Source of the DNA: Alistipes dispar | GTDB lineage: Bacteria > Bacteroidota > Bacteroidia > Bacteroidales > Rikenellaceae | DNA: 32,000 nucleotides | NCBI RefSeq assembly: GCF_006542685.1 | Contig: NZ_AP019736.1 | Coordinates: forward strand, 902,268-934,267 | Direction: 5' to 3' | Shown: positions 1-7,588 of the stretch, piece by piece | Numbering within the stretch: position 1 is the stretch's first letter | Layout of the letters: every line of letters begins with the position of its first letter | Position numbers and translations under genes: made by a program | The notes under the pieces: model-generated | The model's database searches: none | Told to the model about the DNA's origin: nothing | What the model saw: only the letters and a program-made list of their open reading frames with translations

Positions 1-213
1 CAGCCCCGCCAGCAGCGGCACATACTCCATCTGCTCGACGAAAACGGCGTTGCGCGTCACCATCACCTCCCAGATATGTCCGGCGCCCATCATTCCCAGC
101 GCGCGGTACAGCCGCAGCATGGCGTAGCCCGCGAAGGCGCACGTCACCGCGAAGGCGACCGCCAGATACCAGCGGGACTTGATCCACTCCTTGTACAATA
201 TGGCTTTCAACAT
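1..213 (-). CDS. ABC transporter permease (ABC-2-like), N-terminal fragment; gene continues past the left edge
   Basis: ATG at 213-211 lies 8 nt after the ATPase stop (222-224), and the frame is open to base 1. My translation is MLKAILYKEWIKSRWYLAVAFAVTCAFAGYAMLRLYRALGMMGAGHIWEV..., a hydrophobic TM start in the position expected for the permease partner of the upstream ATPase. Confidence 0.55.
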   Translation of the reverse strand, partial: MLKAILYKEWIKSRWYLAVAFAVTCAFAGYAMLRLYRALGMMGAGHIWEVMVTRNAVFVEQMEYVPLLAGL

Positions 214-221
214 GGCGTTTT

Positions 222-1106
222 TCAGTATTTTCCGGTCAGACCGATGAAGGCGTCCTCCAGCGAGACGCGCTCCTCGTGCAGCTCTTCGGCGGGAATCCCC
301 GCCTCCGCGAGCCTGCGCGCCACCTCCCCGTACGGCAGGAACGAGCAGAATTCGAGCGTCGAACGCACCACCGAGGGGTGGTAGAACTCCCCGTCGCCGG
401 GCAGCGGAGCCCCCTCGGGCACACGGCACGTATAGCGCCGCACGCGGTCGAGAATCTCCCCGACGGGGCGTTGCAGCAGAATGCGGCCGTAGTCCATGAT
501 GATGCAGTCGTCTATCAGGCGCTCCATGTCCTGAATGATGTGCGAGGTGAGGAAGACCGTCTTCCCCTCGGCCTTGGCGTACTCGCGCAGGTAGTCCGCG
601 AACAGCCGCCGGTAGCCGGGATCGAGCCCCAGCGAGAAGTCGTCCAGCACCAGCAGGTCGGGGTCCTGGGCCAGAATGAGCCCCAGCGCCACCTGCGACC
701 GCTGTCCGCACGACATGCGCGAGATGCGCTGCCCGGGGCCGACGTGCAGCTTGCGCATCAGCTCGTAATAGGCTTCGCGCCGCCACTTCGGGTAGAAGGC
801 CGCATAGAACCGTTCGATCTGCTCGATCGACATGAACTGGTACTGCACGTGCCCCTCGATCAGCAGGCCGATGCGCCGCCGCGTGAGGGGCCGCATCCGG
901 CGGATGTTCTCGCCGAAGATGCGGCACTCGCCGCTGCGGGGTTCGAGATACCCGCTCAGAATGTTGATCGTCGTGGTCTTGCCCGTGCCGTTCTTGCCCA
1001 GCAGGCCGAGGATGCGGCCCTCGGGGACGTCGAACGAGAGGTTTTCGTAGATTTTGCGCCGCCCGTAGCAATGCGTCAGGTTGCGGCATTCGATAACGGA
1101 TTCCAT
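222..1106 (-). CDS. ABC transporter ATP-binding protein
   Basis: 294-aa ORF. Walker A is GKNGTGKTT, the signature-like motif is MSCGQRSQ, and Walker B is LLVLDDFSLGLDP. The C-terminal extension is typical of ABC-2 type ATPases. Confidence 0.9.
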   Translation of the reverse strand: MESVIECRNLTHCYGRRKIYENLSFDVPEGRILGLLGKNGTGKTTTINILSGYLEPRSGECRIFGENIRRMRPLTRRRIGLLIEGHVQYQFMSIEQIERFYAAFYPKWRREAYYELMRKLHVGPGQRISRMSCGQRSQVALGLILAQDPDLLVLDDFSLGLDPGYRRLFADYLREYAKAEGKTVFLTSHIIQDMERLIDDCIIMDYGRILLQRPVGEILDRVRRYTCRVPEGAPLPGDGEFYHPSVVRSTLEFCSFLPYGEVARRLAEAGIPAEELHEERVSLEDAFIGLTGKY

Positions 1107-1113
1107 GGCGGTG

Positions 1114-1680
1114 TCAGATGAGGAGGAACAGCAGCGGAAGGAGGATGCCTGCGGCCAGCTCCACGCCGCCGCGGCCCCGCAGCCCCTTGGGGCCCTTCAC
1201 GATGACCAGTCCCGTGAGCGTGATGAGTATGAGCCCTCCGCCGAAAATGTCGGCGAAGGCGGTCCACCACGACCCCGGATTGTAGTGCAGTTTCGTCAGC
1301 GCGCTCCACACGGGCCGCCGCGTCAGCCGTTCGACGACCGCCTCGCCGCTCCGGATGTCGGCCACGAGCGACGAACCGCCTTCGAGGAAGATTTTGAGCG
1401 TATGCCCGTCGGGAAAGTAGTGCTTCACGTACCCCTCCCCGACGCCGGCGCGTTCGAGCAGCGCCTCGGCGTCGGCGCGCGAGAACGCCTCCCTCTCCGG
1501 AAGCGGGGCCGGGAGCGTCAGACGCGTCTGCGAGACCGAATAGTTCGGATTGAAGGTGTCGCGGTGGTTCATCGCGATGCCCGACAGGGCGTAGATGAGC
1601 ACCATCCCCGCGAAGAAATACGAAAGGTCGCGGTGCAGCGTGCGGCTCCAGCGCCGCAGCGCGCTACTGTTCAATTTCAT
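1114..1680 (-). CDS. PepSY-associated TM helix (PepSY_TM-like) membrane protein
   Basis: 188-aa ORF. The N-terminal RRWSRTLHRDLSYFFAGMVLIYALSGIAMNH and C-terminal LHYNPGSWWTAFADIFGGGLILITLTGLVIVKG are the paired helix motifs of PepSY_TM-like proteins. Its ATG lies inside the last 17 nt of the upstream gene. Confidence 0.65.
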   Translation of the reverse strand: MKLNSSALRRWSRTLHRDLSYFFAGMVLIYALSGIAMNHRDTFNPNYSVSQTRLTLPAPLPEREAFSRADAEALLERAGVGEGYVKHYFPDGHTLKIFLEGGSSLVADIRSGEAVVERLTRRPVWSALTKLHYNPGSWWTAFADIFGGGLILITLTGLVIVKGPKGLRGRGGVELAAGILLPLLFLLI

Positions 1681-2257
1681 ACGAGGTCGCCGTCACGTAG
1701 TAGAACGAGAGGTAGTCCTTGCCCTCGGCGGCCTTGCGGGCGGCGATCTTCGCGCGGAAGTCGGCAATGCGCTCCGCGACGGTGGCGCCCGTCTCCTGCC
1801 GTGCGGCCTTCTCGGCGTCGCATCCGGCCTCGGTCGTGCCGTGCCGTTCGCCGGTCTGCGCCTTCGTCTGCTCCTCCCAGGCCGCGAGGTAGGCCTCGTC
1901 CACGCGCTGTTCGTCGAGCGTACCCGTAACGCGCACGATACGGTTCACGCACTGCGGATCGAAGCTGCCCAGCTCGCCGCTCTCGACACGAACGGTCTGC
2001 GTGTCGTCGCTGCCCATGAGGAAGATCTTGCGCGCGCCGTGCCTGCACGTATGGGTGCAGACGCCCTCGATCGTGACGGTCTTGCCGGCGAGCGAGTCGG
2101 CCGAAGCCAGCAGCTCGTCGATCTCCAGCGCGGCCGGCCGCGCGACCTCCGTCTGCCGGGTCTTGGCTTTCGTCGAAGCGTTGCCGCCGCAGGATACCGA
2201 TGCGCAGGCGCCGCATGCGAGGGCGACGGCCAGGGCGCGTAACAGAATGTGTTTCAT
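1664..2257 (-). CDS. Hypothetical lipoprotein with Cys/His-rich beta core (GVCTHTCRHG) and charged helical tail
   Basis: 197-aa ORF with a signal peptide and Cys-containing lipobox region (LAVALACGACASVSCGG). It is the first gene behind a TAnnTTTG box. I recognise no confident family; the layout is loosely like small Bacteroidetes OB/barrel lipoproteins. Confidence 0.7.
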   Translation of the reverse strand: MKHILLRALAVALACGACASVSCGGNASTKAKTRQTEVARPAALEIDELLASADSLAGKTVTIEGVCTHTCRHGARKIFLMGSDDTQTVRVESGELGSFDPQCVNRIVRVTGTLDEQRVDEAYLAAWEEQTKAQTGERHGTTEAGCDAEKAARQETGATVAERIADFRAKIAARKAAEGKDYLSFYYVTATSYEIEQ

Positions 2258-2295
2258 GACAAATTAGGTATTTTGGTTCGTTCCATTTCCGGCGG

Positions 2296-2303
2296 CAAAA
2301 ATA
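2296..2303 (-). promoter_or_regulatory. Bacteroidetes sigma-A -7 box TATTTTTG for the lipoprotein/PepSY/ABC operon
   Basis: Plus strand reads caaaaata, which is TATTTTTG on the minus strand, 38 nt upstream of the ATG at 2257. It matches the TAnnTTTG consensus. Confidence 0.45.
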
Positions 2304-2352
2304 GGAAAAACGGGCGGTCCCCGCCATACCTAAAAATAGGGATTTTCGACCG

Positions 2353-3252
2353 TTAATTGACGTTCCGGTACTCGTTGGGCGTCTGTCCGGTCAGCTTCTT
2401 GAACATGCGCGTAAAGTGCTGCGGGTACTGGAATCCCAGTCCGTAGGCCACCTCGCCGATCGTGAGCGAGGGATCCAGAATCCGCTCCTTGGCCACCTCC
2501 AGCAGCTTGAGCTGGATATACTCCTGCGCCGTGCGGCCCGTCTCCTTCTTCACCAGGTCGCCGAAATAGTTGGGCGACAGGCAAAGCTCCCCGGCACAGT
2601 ACTTCACCGACGGAAGCCCTTCGCGCCGGGCCCGGCCGTCGGAGAAATAGCCGTCCAGCAGCTCCTCGAAACGGGTCAGCACGTCGCGGTTCACGTTCGA
2701 CCGCGTGATGAACTGCCGCTCGTAGAAACGCAGGCAGTAGTCCAGCAGCATCTCGATATTGATGGCGATGAGCCGTCTGCTGTGGCGGTCGATGGCGTGC
2801 TCCAGCTCATGACGGATCTTCCCGAAACAGTCCACGACCATCCCGCGCTCGCGCTCCGAGAGGTGCAGCGCCTCGTTCACCTCGTACGAAAAGAAGCCGT
2901 ATTCCTTCATGTTGCGGCCCAGCGACGTGCCGCGGATGAGGTCCGGATGGAAAACCAGCGCCCAGCCCTTCGGCTGGAACTCCCGTCCGTCGTCCTCGAA
3001 TCCGATCACCTGCCCGGGCGCCAGACAGACGAGCGTCCCCTCCTGATAGTCGTAATAGTGCCGGCCGTAGATCATGTCGCCGCACTTGATCTCCTTGAGA
3101 AAGACCGCATAGAAACCGTAGGTCTGCCGGAAATGCCGCATCGGATGCGCCTCGGACAAATCGACGACGCTCACCAGCGGGTGCAGCGTTTCGACGCCCA
3201 GCATCGCATTGTACTCGGCGACGGACTCCAGATGATGAATTTTCTGTTCCAT
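2353..3252 (-). CDS. AraC-family transcriptional regulator (cupin-like N-domain plus C-terminal HTH)
   Basis: The C-terminus SPNYFGDLVKKETGRTAQEYIQLKLLEVAKERILDPSLTIGEVAYGLGFQYPQHFTRMFKKLTGQTPNEYR is a classic AraC double HTH. I trimmed the track ORF (2353-3459) to the ATG at 3252 (MEQKIHHLESV...) because a TATATTTG box sits at 3271-3278, inside the longer ORF. Confidence 0.85.
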   Translation of the reverse strand: MEQKIHHLESVAEYNAMLGVETLHPLVSVVDLSEAHPMRHFRQTYGFYAVFLKEIKCGDMIYGRHYYDYQEGTLVCLAPGQVIGFEDDGREFQPKGWALVFHPDLIRGTSLGRNMKEYGFFSYEVNEALHLSERERGMVVDCFGKIRHELEHAIDRHSRRLIAINIEMLLDYCLRFYERQFITRSNVNRDVLTRFEELLDGYFSDGRARREGLPSVKYCAGELCLSPNYFGDLVKKETGRTAQEYIQLKLLEVAKERILDPSLTIGEVAYGLGFQYPQHFTRMFKKLTGQTPNEYRNVN

Positions 3253-3270
3253 GACAAGGTTCGTTTTCCG

Positions 3271-3278
3271 CAAATATA
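3271..3278 (-). promoter_or_regulatory. -7 box TATATTTG for the AraC-family gene
   Basis: Plus strand caaatata is TATATTTG on the minus strand, 18 nt upstream of the ATG at 3252. Confidence 0.45.
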
Positions 3279-3581
3279 CGGCTTTTATCGGCTTTGCGCA
3301 CGGCCGGCGGACGAAATCCGGAATCGGGGTAAAAGAATCCGTAATCCATCTACCCTCCGGGCCGGTCCCGGCATGCATTAGCACTGCGCCCCGGCACGGC
3401 CGGAGGACGAACCCGGAGCGATATGCATGCAACGACGACACCGGCGATCCCGCCCGCAACGCCAGCCGCCCCCGCCCTCACGCGGCAGCCGCTGCGTGAA
3501 GCGCCGCGGAACGAACAGGGGCGGCCCGGCGGGATTCGCGCGACAACGGCCCGCCCCACCTGAACGCACCGCGGCGGCCGG

Positions 3582-4871
3582 TCAGAACTTCCGGGGATAA
3601 CGCAGCAGAACGGCCAGCAGGGCCGCGCCGCCCAGAATGACCGGATAGTAAAGATAGCGCATGATCCCCAGCGGCGAAAGCCCCGTGAGCCCCGCCGCCA
3701 TCAGCAACTGCGCCCCATAGGGCAGCAGGCCCTGCGTGAAGCAGGAGAAGGTGTCGAGCAGGCTGGCGCTGCGGCGCCGGTCCACGCCGAAACGGTCGGC
3801 GATCTTGCGGGCGATCGGTCCCACGGTCAGAATGGCGATCGTATTGTTGGCCGTACAGAGGTTCGCCAGACAGACCAGCCCCGCGATGGTCCCCTCGGCC
3901 CCGCGCCGCCCCGAGATACGGCGCGTCATGCGGTCGATGATGTAGTCGATGCCGCCGTTCAGCCGGATCATTTCGAGCAGGCCGCCGGCCATGAGCGTAA
4001 TGATGATCAGCTCGCCCATCCCCGTAATGCCGCGCCCCATGCCGCCGCACCACGCCATGAGGCCGAAACTCCCGGTCGCCAGCCCGATCGCCCCCGAAGC
4101 GGCGATACCCAGCAGCAGCACCTTCATCACGTTCATCCCCGCGAGGGCCGTCACCAGCACCAGCAGGTAAGGCACGACCCGGATCCACTCGATCCGGTCG
4201 GGCTGCGCGGGGACCGCCGCTGCGCTGCCCGTCACGAGGTAAATCCCGAGCGTCAGCAGGGCCGCCGGGGCGACGATGCGGACATTGACGCGGAACTTGT
4301 CGCGCAGGTTGCACTCCTGCGTGCGCGTCGCGGCGATCGTCGTATCGGAGATGAAGGAGAGGTTGTCGCCGAAGAAGGCCCCGCCGACCACGATCGCCGT
4401 GAGCCACGCCTCGCCGAGCCCGGTCTGTTCGGCGAGCCCGGCGGCCACGGGGACTAGCGCGACGACCGTGCCGACCGACGTGCCGACCGACAGCGAAACG
4501 AAGCAGGCCGCCAGAAACAGCCCCGCCGGGAGCAGGCTCCCGGGAAGCAGGTGCATCGTCAGCGCCACGGTGGCGTCCACGGCCCCCATGCTCCGCGCCG
4601 ACTCGGCGAAAGCCCCGGCCAGCACGAAGATCCAGATCATCAGCATCACGTTGGGATCGGACGCTCCGGACGAGAAGCGGCCGATACGCTCGGCGAAGGG
4701 CATGCCCCGCATCAGGGCCACGGCATAGACCGAGGCGGCGACGAAAGCCACCGAAATCGGCATCTTGTAGAAATCGCCTGCCAGAAGCGACACGGAGAGA
4801 TAGCTCACCAGAAAAACCAGCAGCGGCGTCAGCGCCAGGAACCCGCCGCGGCGAACGGAAGTCGGAGACAT
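3582..4871 (-). CDS. Na+/H+ antiporter, NhaC family
   Basis: Polytopic membrane protein with the NhaC-family block GGAFFGDNLSFISDTTIAATRTQ. I chose the start at the ATG at 4871 (MSPTSVRRGGFLALTPLL...) because a TATTTTTG box at 4897-4904 lies inside the longer track ORF (to 4919). Confidence 0.85.
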   Translation of the reverse strand: MSPTSVRRGGFLALTPLLVFLVSYLSVSLLAGDFYKMPISVAFVAASVYAVALMRGMPFAERIGRFSSGASDPNVMLMIWIFVLAGAFAESARSMGAVDATVALTMHLLPGSLLPAGLFLAACFVSLSVGTSVGTVVALVPVAAGLAEQTGLGEAWLTAIVVGGAFFGDNLSFISDTTIAATRTQECNLRDKFRVNVRIVAPAALLTLGIYLVTGSAAAVPAQPDRIEWIRVVPYLLVLVTALAGMNVMKVLLLGIAASGAIGLATGSFGLMAWCGGMGRGITGMGELIIITLMAGGLLEMIRLNGGIDYIIDRMTRRISGRRGAEGTIAGLVCLANLCTANNTIAILTVGPIARKIADRFGVDRRRSASLLDTFSCFTQGLLPYGAQLLMAAGLTGLSPLGIMRYLYYPVILGGAALLAVLLRYPRKF

Positions 4872-4896
4872 ATAATATATAGTGAGATTCGGAGCG

Positions 4897-4904
4897 CAAA
4901 AATA
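4897..4904 (-). promoter_or_regulatory. -7 box TATTTTTG for the NhaC-family gene
   Basis: Plus strand caaaaata is TATTTTTG on the minus strand, 25 nt upstream of the ATG at 4871. Confidence 0.45.
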
Positions 4905-5073
4905 AGTCAAATTTTCCACCCGGGCAATCCGTCGCCCGGATATCCCGGTATCCGGAAGCGACGTCCGGGCCGCCGAATCCGGGAACAGCGGCGAACAGTT
5001 TAAATGCCTATTCCCGAACGCCTCCGGAATAATAATTTTTTCTTCAAAAAATTGCTTTCATAAATTTTATTAC

Positions 5074-5081
5074 TACATTTG
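5074..5081 (+). promoter_or_regulatory. Candidate -7 box TACATTTG for the orphan lipoprotein gene
   Basis: Exact TAnnTTTG match in the AT-rich 5030-5250 region. A near-match, TACATTTTTG, follows at 5096-5105. Either one implies a leader of roughly 145-170 nt before the ATG at 5252. Confidence 0.3.
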
Positions 5082-5251
5082 TGTTAAAATAATGTTACAT
5101 TTTTGTTTCGGACCGAATTTTCGGGCCGCAGGAAATACGCAACAAGCTCCTAACATATAAACACATGAGATAGCAACACCCTGAAAATACCGAACAACGA
5201 AACAATTAACGAACCTAAACCACACATTTTACAAATCTTAAAATTTTAACT

Positions 5252-6694
5252 ATGAAACGACTTTTTAGCTTAATGACGCTGCTCCTGGCCGGGGGGGGGT
5301 TATTCCTGGCATCCTGCTCGGATGACGACAACGGAGAAAACGACGGTCCTTCCGGAGGCTCGACGCCTTTCGCATCCGTAACGGCCAAGGACGGAAGCAG
5401 CACGATGACCGCGACCGTCAATGACACGGACAAGACGATCAAGTTCGGGGAATTCCAGAACACGACCGATCTGACGGCCGTCGAAGTGACCTTCAAGATG
5501 AACAAGGGGCATATCCTCAAGACGCCCGCCAATCTGACCTCGACCGTCAATCTGAACAATCCGGTCAATGTCGTGGTGCTGATGAACGGCAAGACGGAGG
5601 AAACCTACAAGATGACCGCCGACACTCCCGAGACCCCCGAAGCCATTCTGGGCGCCAAAGTCGGCGACGTGGAAGCCGCAGTCGGCGAAGACAAGAGCAT
5701 CACGGTCAAATGGCAGGAAGGCATGGAGATCAACCACATGGTCTTCACGCTCGATCTGGTCGAAGGCGCCACGGTGAAATCGCCCGAAAACCTGACCTTC
5801 GATCTGGAGTTCGGCGACGGCACGCTGGTAGTGAACTACCAGGGTTCGGACATCACCTACACGGTCAAAGCGACCGACTACGTGGACCCGATGCCTGCGC
5901 TGGGCTGGACCGACGTAACGACCGAGTTCGCTCCGCTGCCCGCCTATATCAAGGTGTACAAGACGACCAAAGCCGGCGGTATCGACAACAACGTCGCCTA
6001 CGTTGCCATGATGGGCAGCCAAGCCACTATGGCGATAGTCGGCGACGGCACCAATCCCAAAACCATCGACGAATACGAAACCAACGGCGAGTACAAAGTT
6101 TATGTCGTAGGAGTGAACTCCACCGTACAGAACATCATCATCCAGGACGGAAAGGTCGTCAGGTCGGATGCCAACAGCCACGTCACCGGCGCCATCTATC
6201 GCGACGCAGACGGCAACTACGGCGCCGCATACGTTCGGGGAATCGAAGACAAACTGTACTCCTTCCCGTTCCGCGCTTCGGGCGAGTACGAAGAGCCCAA
6301 GGCGGCCGAAGGCAAAGCATGGGCTCCGCAAACCGCTGTCAATGGCGTTCATATGATCCTGTTCGATAACAATGTACTGACGCCCGACCAGGTCAAGAGC
6401 AACGAAAACACCTGCTTCAATTACGGAGACACGGACTTCTACGCTCATTCGGCTATCGGCGTGACGAAATACAACAAGGTTTTCGCTTTCTGCGGACAAA
6501 TGGTGGAGGGTAGCAAAGGCGTGACGATCCCCAGCATGGCCCAGAGCCTGAAAGACATGGGATGCGTCTCGGCCATCGCATTCGAGGCCTCCGGTTCGCC
6601 CGACATGCACATCAACAAGAAAAAAACGGTAATCAACAAATACGCCCAACAGGGAAAGCCGAAAGTCGTACAGTGCGCCGTGGCATTCAAATAG
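5252..6694 (+). CDS. Surface lipoprotein: two Ig-like repeats plus a C-terminal phosphodiester-glycosidase-like (DUF2233/NAGPA-like) domain
   Basis: 480-aa ORF with signal peptide and lipobox (LFLASCSDDDNGEN). Two repeats of about 85 aa precede the C-domain (ASVTAKDG...TYKMTA and ILGAKVGD...YTVKA). The C-terminal HSAIGVT...GVTIPSMAQSLKDMGCVSAIAFEASGSPDM resembles the end of phosphodiester glycosidase domains, but has EASGS where LDGGGS is usual. The domain call rests on recalled motifs only. Confidence 0.75.
   Translation: MKRLFSLMTLLLAGGGLFLASCSDDDNGENDGPSGGSTPFASVTAKDGSSTMTATVNDTDKTIKFGEFQNTTDLTAVEVTFKMNKGHILKTPANLTSTVNLNNPVNVVVLMNGKTEETYKMTADTPETPEAILGAKVGDVEAAVGEDKSITVKWQEGMEINHMVFTLDLVEGATVKSPENLTFDLEFGDGTLVVNYQGSDITYTVKATDYVDPMPALGWTDVTTEFAPLPAYIKVYKTTKAGGIDNNVAYVAMMGSQATMAIVGDGTNPKTIDEYETNGEYKVYVVGVNSTVQNIIIQDGKVVRSDANSHVTGAIYRDADGNYGAAYVRGIEDKLYSFPFRASGEYEEPKAAEGKAWAPQTAVNGVHMILFDNNVLTPDQVKSNENTCFNYGDTDFYAHSAIGVTKYNKVFAFCGQMVEGSKGVTIPSMAQSLKDMGCVSAIAFEASGSPDMHINKKKTVINKYAQQGKPKVVQCAVAFK
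5291..5299 (+). repeat. G9 homopolymer tract inside codons 14-16 (GGG GGG GGG) of the lipoprotein signal peptide
   Basis: Read directly: ...ctggcc ggggggggg ttattc... In frame it encodes the GGG of LLLAGGGLFLASC. Confidence 0.95.
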
Positions 6695-6753
6695 CCATAA
6701 GACCGGTCTGCCGGGAAAGCGATGCAAAGACACGGCAGATTCCGATAACGAAG

Positions 6754-6790
6754 TTCACCCCTGCCGTAATGCTATTACGGCAGGGGTGAA
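6754..6790. terminator. Perfect 17-bp hairpin (3-nt loop) between the convergent lipoprotein gene and tRNA-Ser
   Basis: ttcacccctgccgtaat gct attacggcaggggtgaa. It has no clean U-tract on either strand, so I call it a terminator-like bidirectional hairpin. A weaker 7-bp hairpin (tctgccg/cggcaga) precedes it at 6706-6738. Confidence 0.5.
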
Positions 6791-6819
6791 ATCGTAAAAT
6801 CCGCGATCGGTGCGGCGCG

Positions 6820-6904
6820 CGGAAGGAGAGGGATTCGAACCCCCGGAGCCTTGCGGCTCAACGGTTTTCAAGACCGCCGCGATCGACCGCTCCGCCATCC
6901 TTCC
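6820..6904 (-). tRNA. tRNA-Ser (anticodon TGA)
   Basis: Minus-strand sequence: GGAAGGA TG GCGGAGCGGTCGATCGCG GCGGT CTTGAAA ACCGT TGAGCCGCAAGGCTCC GGGGG TTCGAAT CCCTC TCCTTCC G. It has a long variable arm, a canonical T-loop and a 7-bp acceptor stem. Confidence 0.9.
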
Positions 6905-7021
6905 GGAGACAAAAGTAGCACGGATTTTCCATTCTGCCAAATCCCGCCGTCTTTTTGTTCCGGAACGTCCGTACGGCATCCGATACGAAAGACGGGATTT
7001 CCGACTTCTCCGGAATTTTCG

Positions 7022-7029
7022 TATCTTTG
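7022..7029 (+). promoter_or_regulatory. -7 box TATCTTTG for the HU gene
   Basis: Exact TAnnTTTG match 44 nt upstream of the ATG at 7074. Confidence 0.45.
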
Positions 7030-7073
7030 TTACCGGCTGAAACCGAGCCTCCCCACACACTACGTCTCCTGCC

Positions 7074-7334
7074 ATGAACAAAACGCAGCTTGTCGAGGCG
7101 ATAGCCCTCGACGCCAATATCTCGAAAATCGAAGCCCGCAAGGCCGTGGACGCTCTGATCCGCGTCACGGTACAGGCCCTGCGCGAAGAGGAACGAATCA
7201 CCCTGACCGGTCTGGGAACCTTCAGCGTGCAGCACAAGGCCGCCCGCACGGGACGCAATCCCCGTACGGGCGCAACGGTCAAGATTCCGCCGCGCAAGAG
7301 CGTCAAATTCCGCCTCTCGGCCGAGATCGAATGA
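7074..7334 (+). CDS. hup: HU-family DNA-binding protein
   Basis: 86 aa: MNKTQLVEAIA...GLGTFSVQHKAARTGRNPRTGATVKIPPRKSVKFRLS, the typical HU/IHF fold sequence with the RNPRTG arm. Confidence 0.92.
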   Translation: MNKTQLVEAIALDANISKIEARKAVDALIRVTVQALREEERITLTGLGTFSVQHKAARTGRNPRTGATVKIPPRKSVKFRLSAEIE

Positions 7335-7526
7335 CAGGACCGAACGCACGCCGGCGATAAGAGGCGCCGGACGGAAACGGCCGCGGAGAAAAGGATGGTC
7401 CCGGACGGAATCCGGTTCTCGTCCGGACAGGAAACCGGAACCGGCCATATCGGCCAATGCTCTACCGTTTACTCCAATTTTCAAGACTTTTCGACCAAAA
7501 AGTTTGGGCCGAGGGGATAGTTTTTA

Positions 7527-7534
7527 TACTTTTG
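7527..7534 (+). promoter_or_regulatory. -7 box TACTTTTG for the FadL-family gene
   Basis: Exact TAnnTTTG match 54 nt upstream of the ATG at 7589. Confidence 0.4.
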
Positions 7535-7588
7535 CACCCGATTTTGCGTGCCGCAAGGCACACCGTATAGAAACTAAACCAACAAGTT

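Noticed and set aside
3253-3459. N-terminal extension of the first AraC ORF (track start 3459). Likewise 25067-25228 for the second AraC ORF, 4872-4919 for NhaC, 9307-9330 for sdaA and 27049-27084 for DUF3127.
   Set aside because: Each extension runs across a TAnnTTTG -7 box, and for 25067-25228 also across a terminator and part of a tRNA. The extensions translate to non-protein-like sequence, and an internal ATG gives a conventional N-terminus.
3478-4899. 473-aa ORF overlapping the NhaC-family gene. Similar alternative-frame ORFs are 276-1121, 1081-1929, 1677-2327, 7504-8436, 9279-10760, 10937-12208, 15181-17196, 25842-26921, 26752-27627 and 26844-27863.
   Set aside because: All are Arg/Pro/Gly/Ala-rich translations of the wrong frame or strand of recognisable genes or GC-rich spacers. 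None has a motif, a signal peptide or a promoter box.
4920-5251. Possible invertible (fin-like) promoter upstream of the orphan lipoprotein, as is common for Bacteroidales surface proteins.
   Set aside because: I found no pair of inverted repeats flanking the AT-rich region, and no nearby tyrosine or serine recombinase gene in the window.
6620-6626. A7 run in the 3' part of the lipoprotein gene. Other A/T runs of 7-8 nt are at 7591-7597, 25098-25105, 27043-27050 and 29033-29039.
   Set aside because: These are short A/T runs encoding Lys or Phe, or lying in promoter or terminator contexts. They are common and too short or too misplaced to argue for phase variation, unlike the G9 tract.
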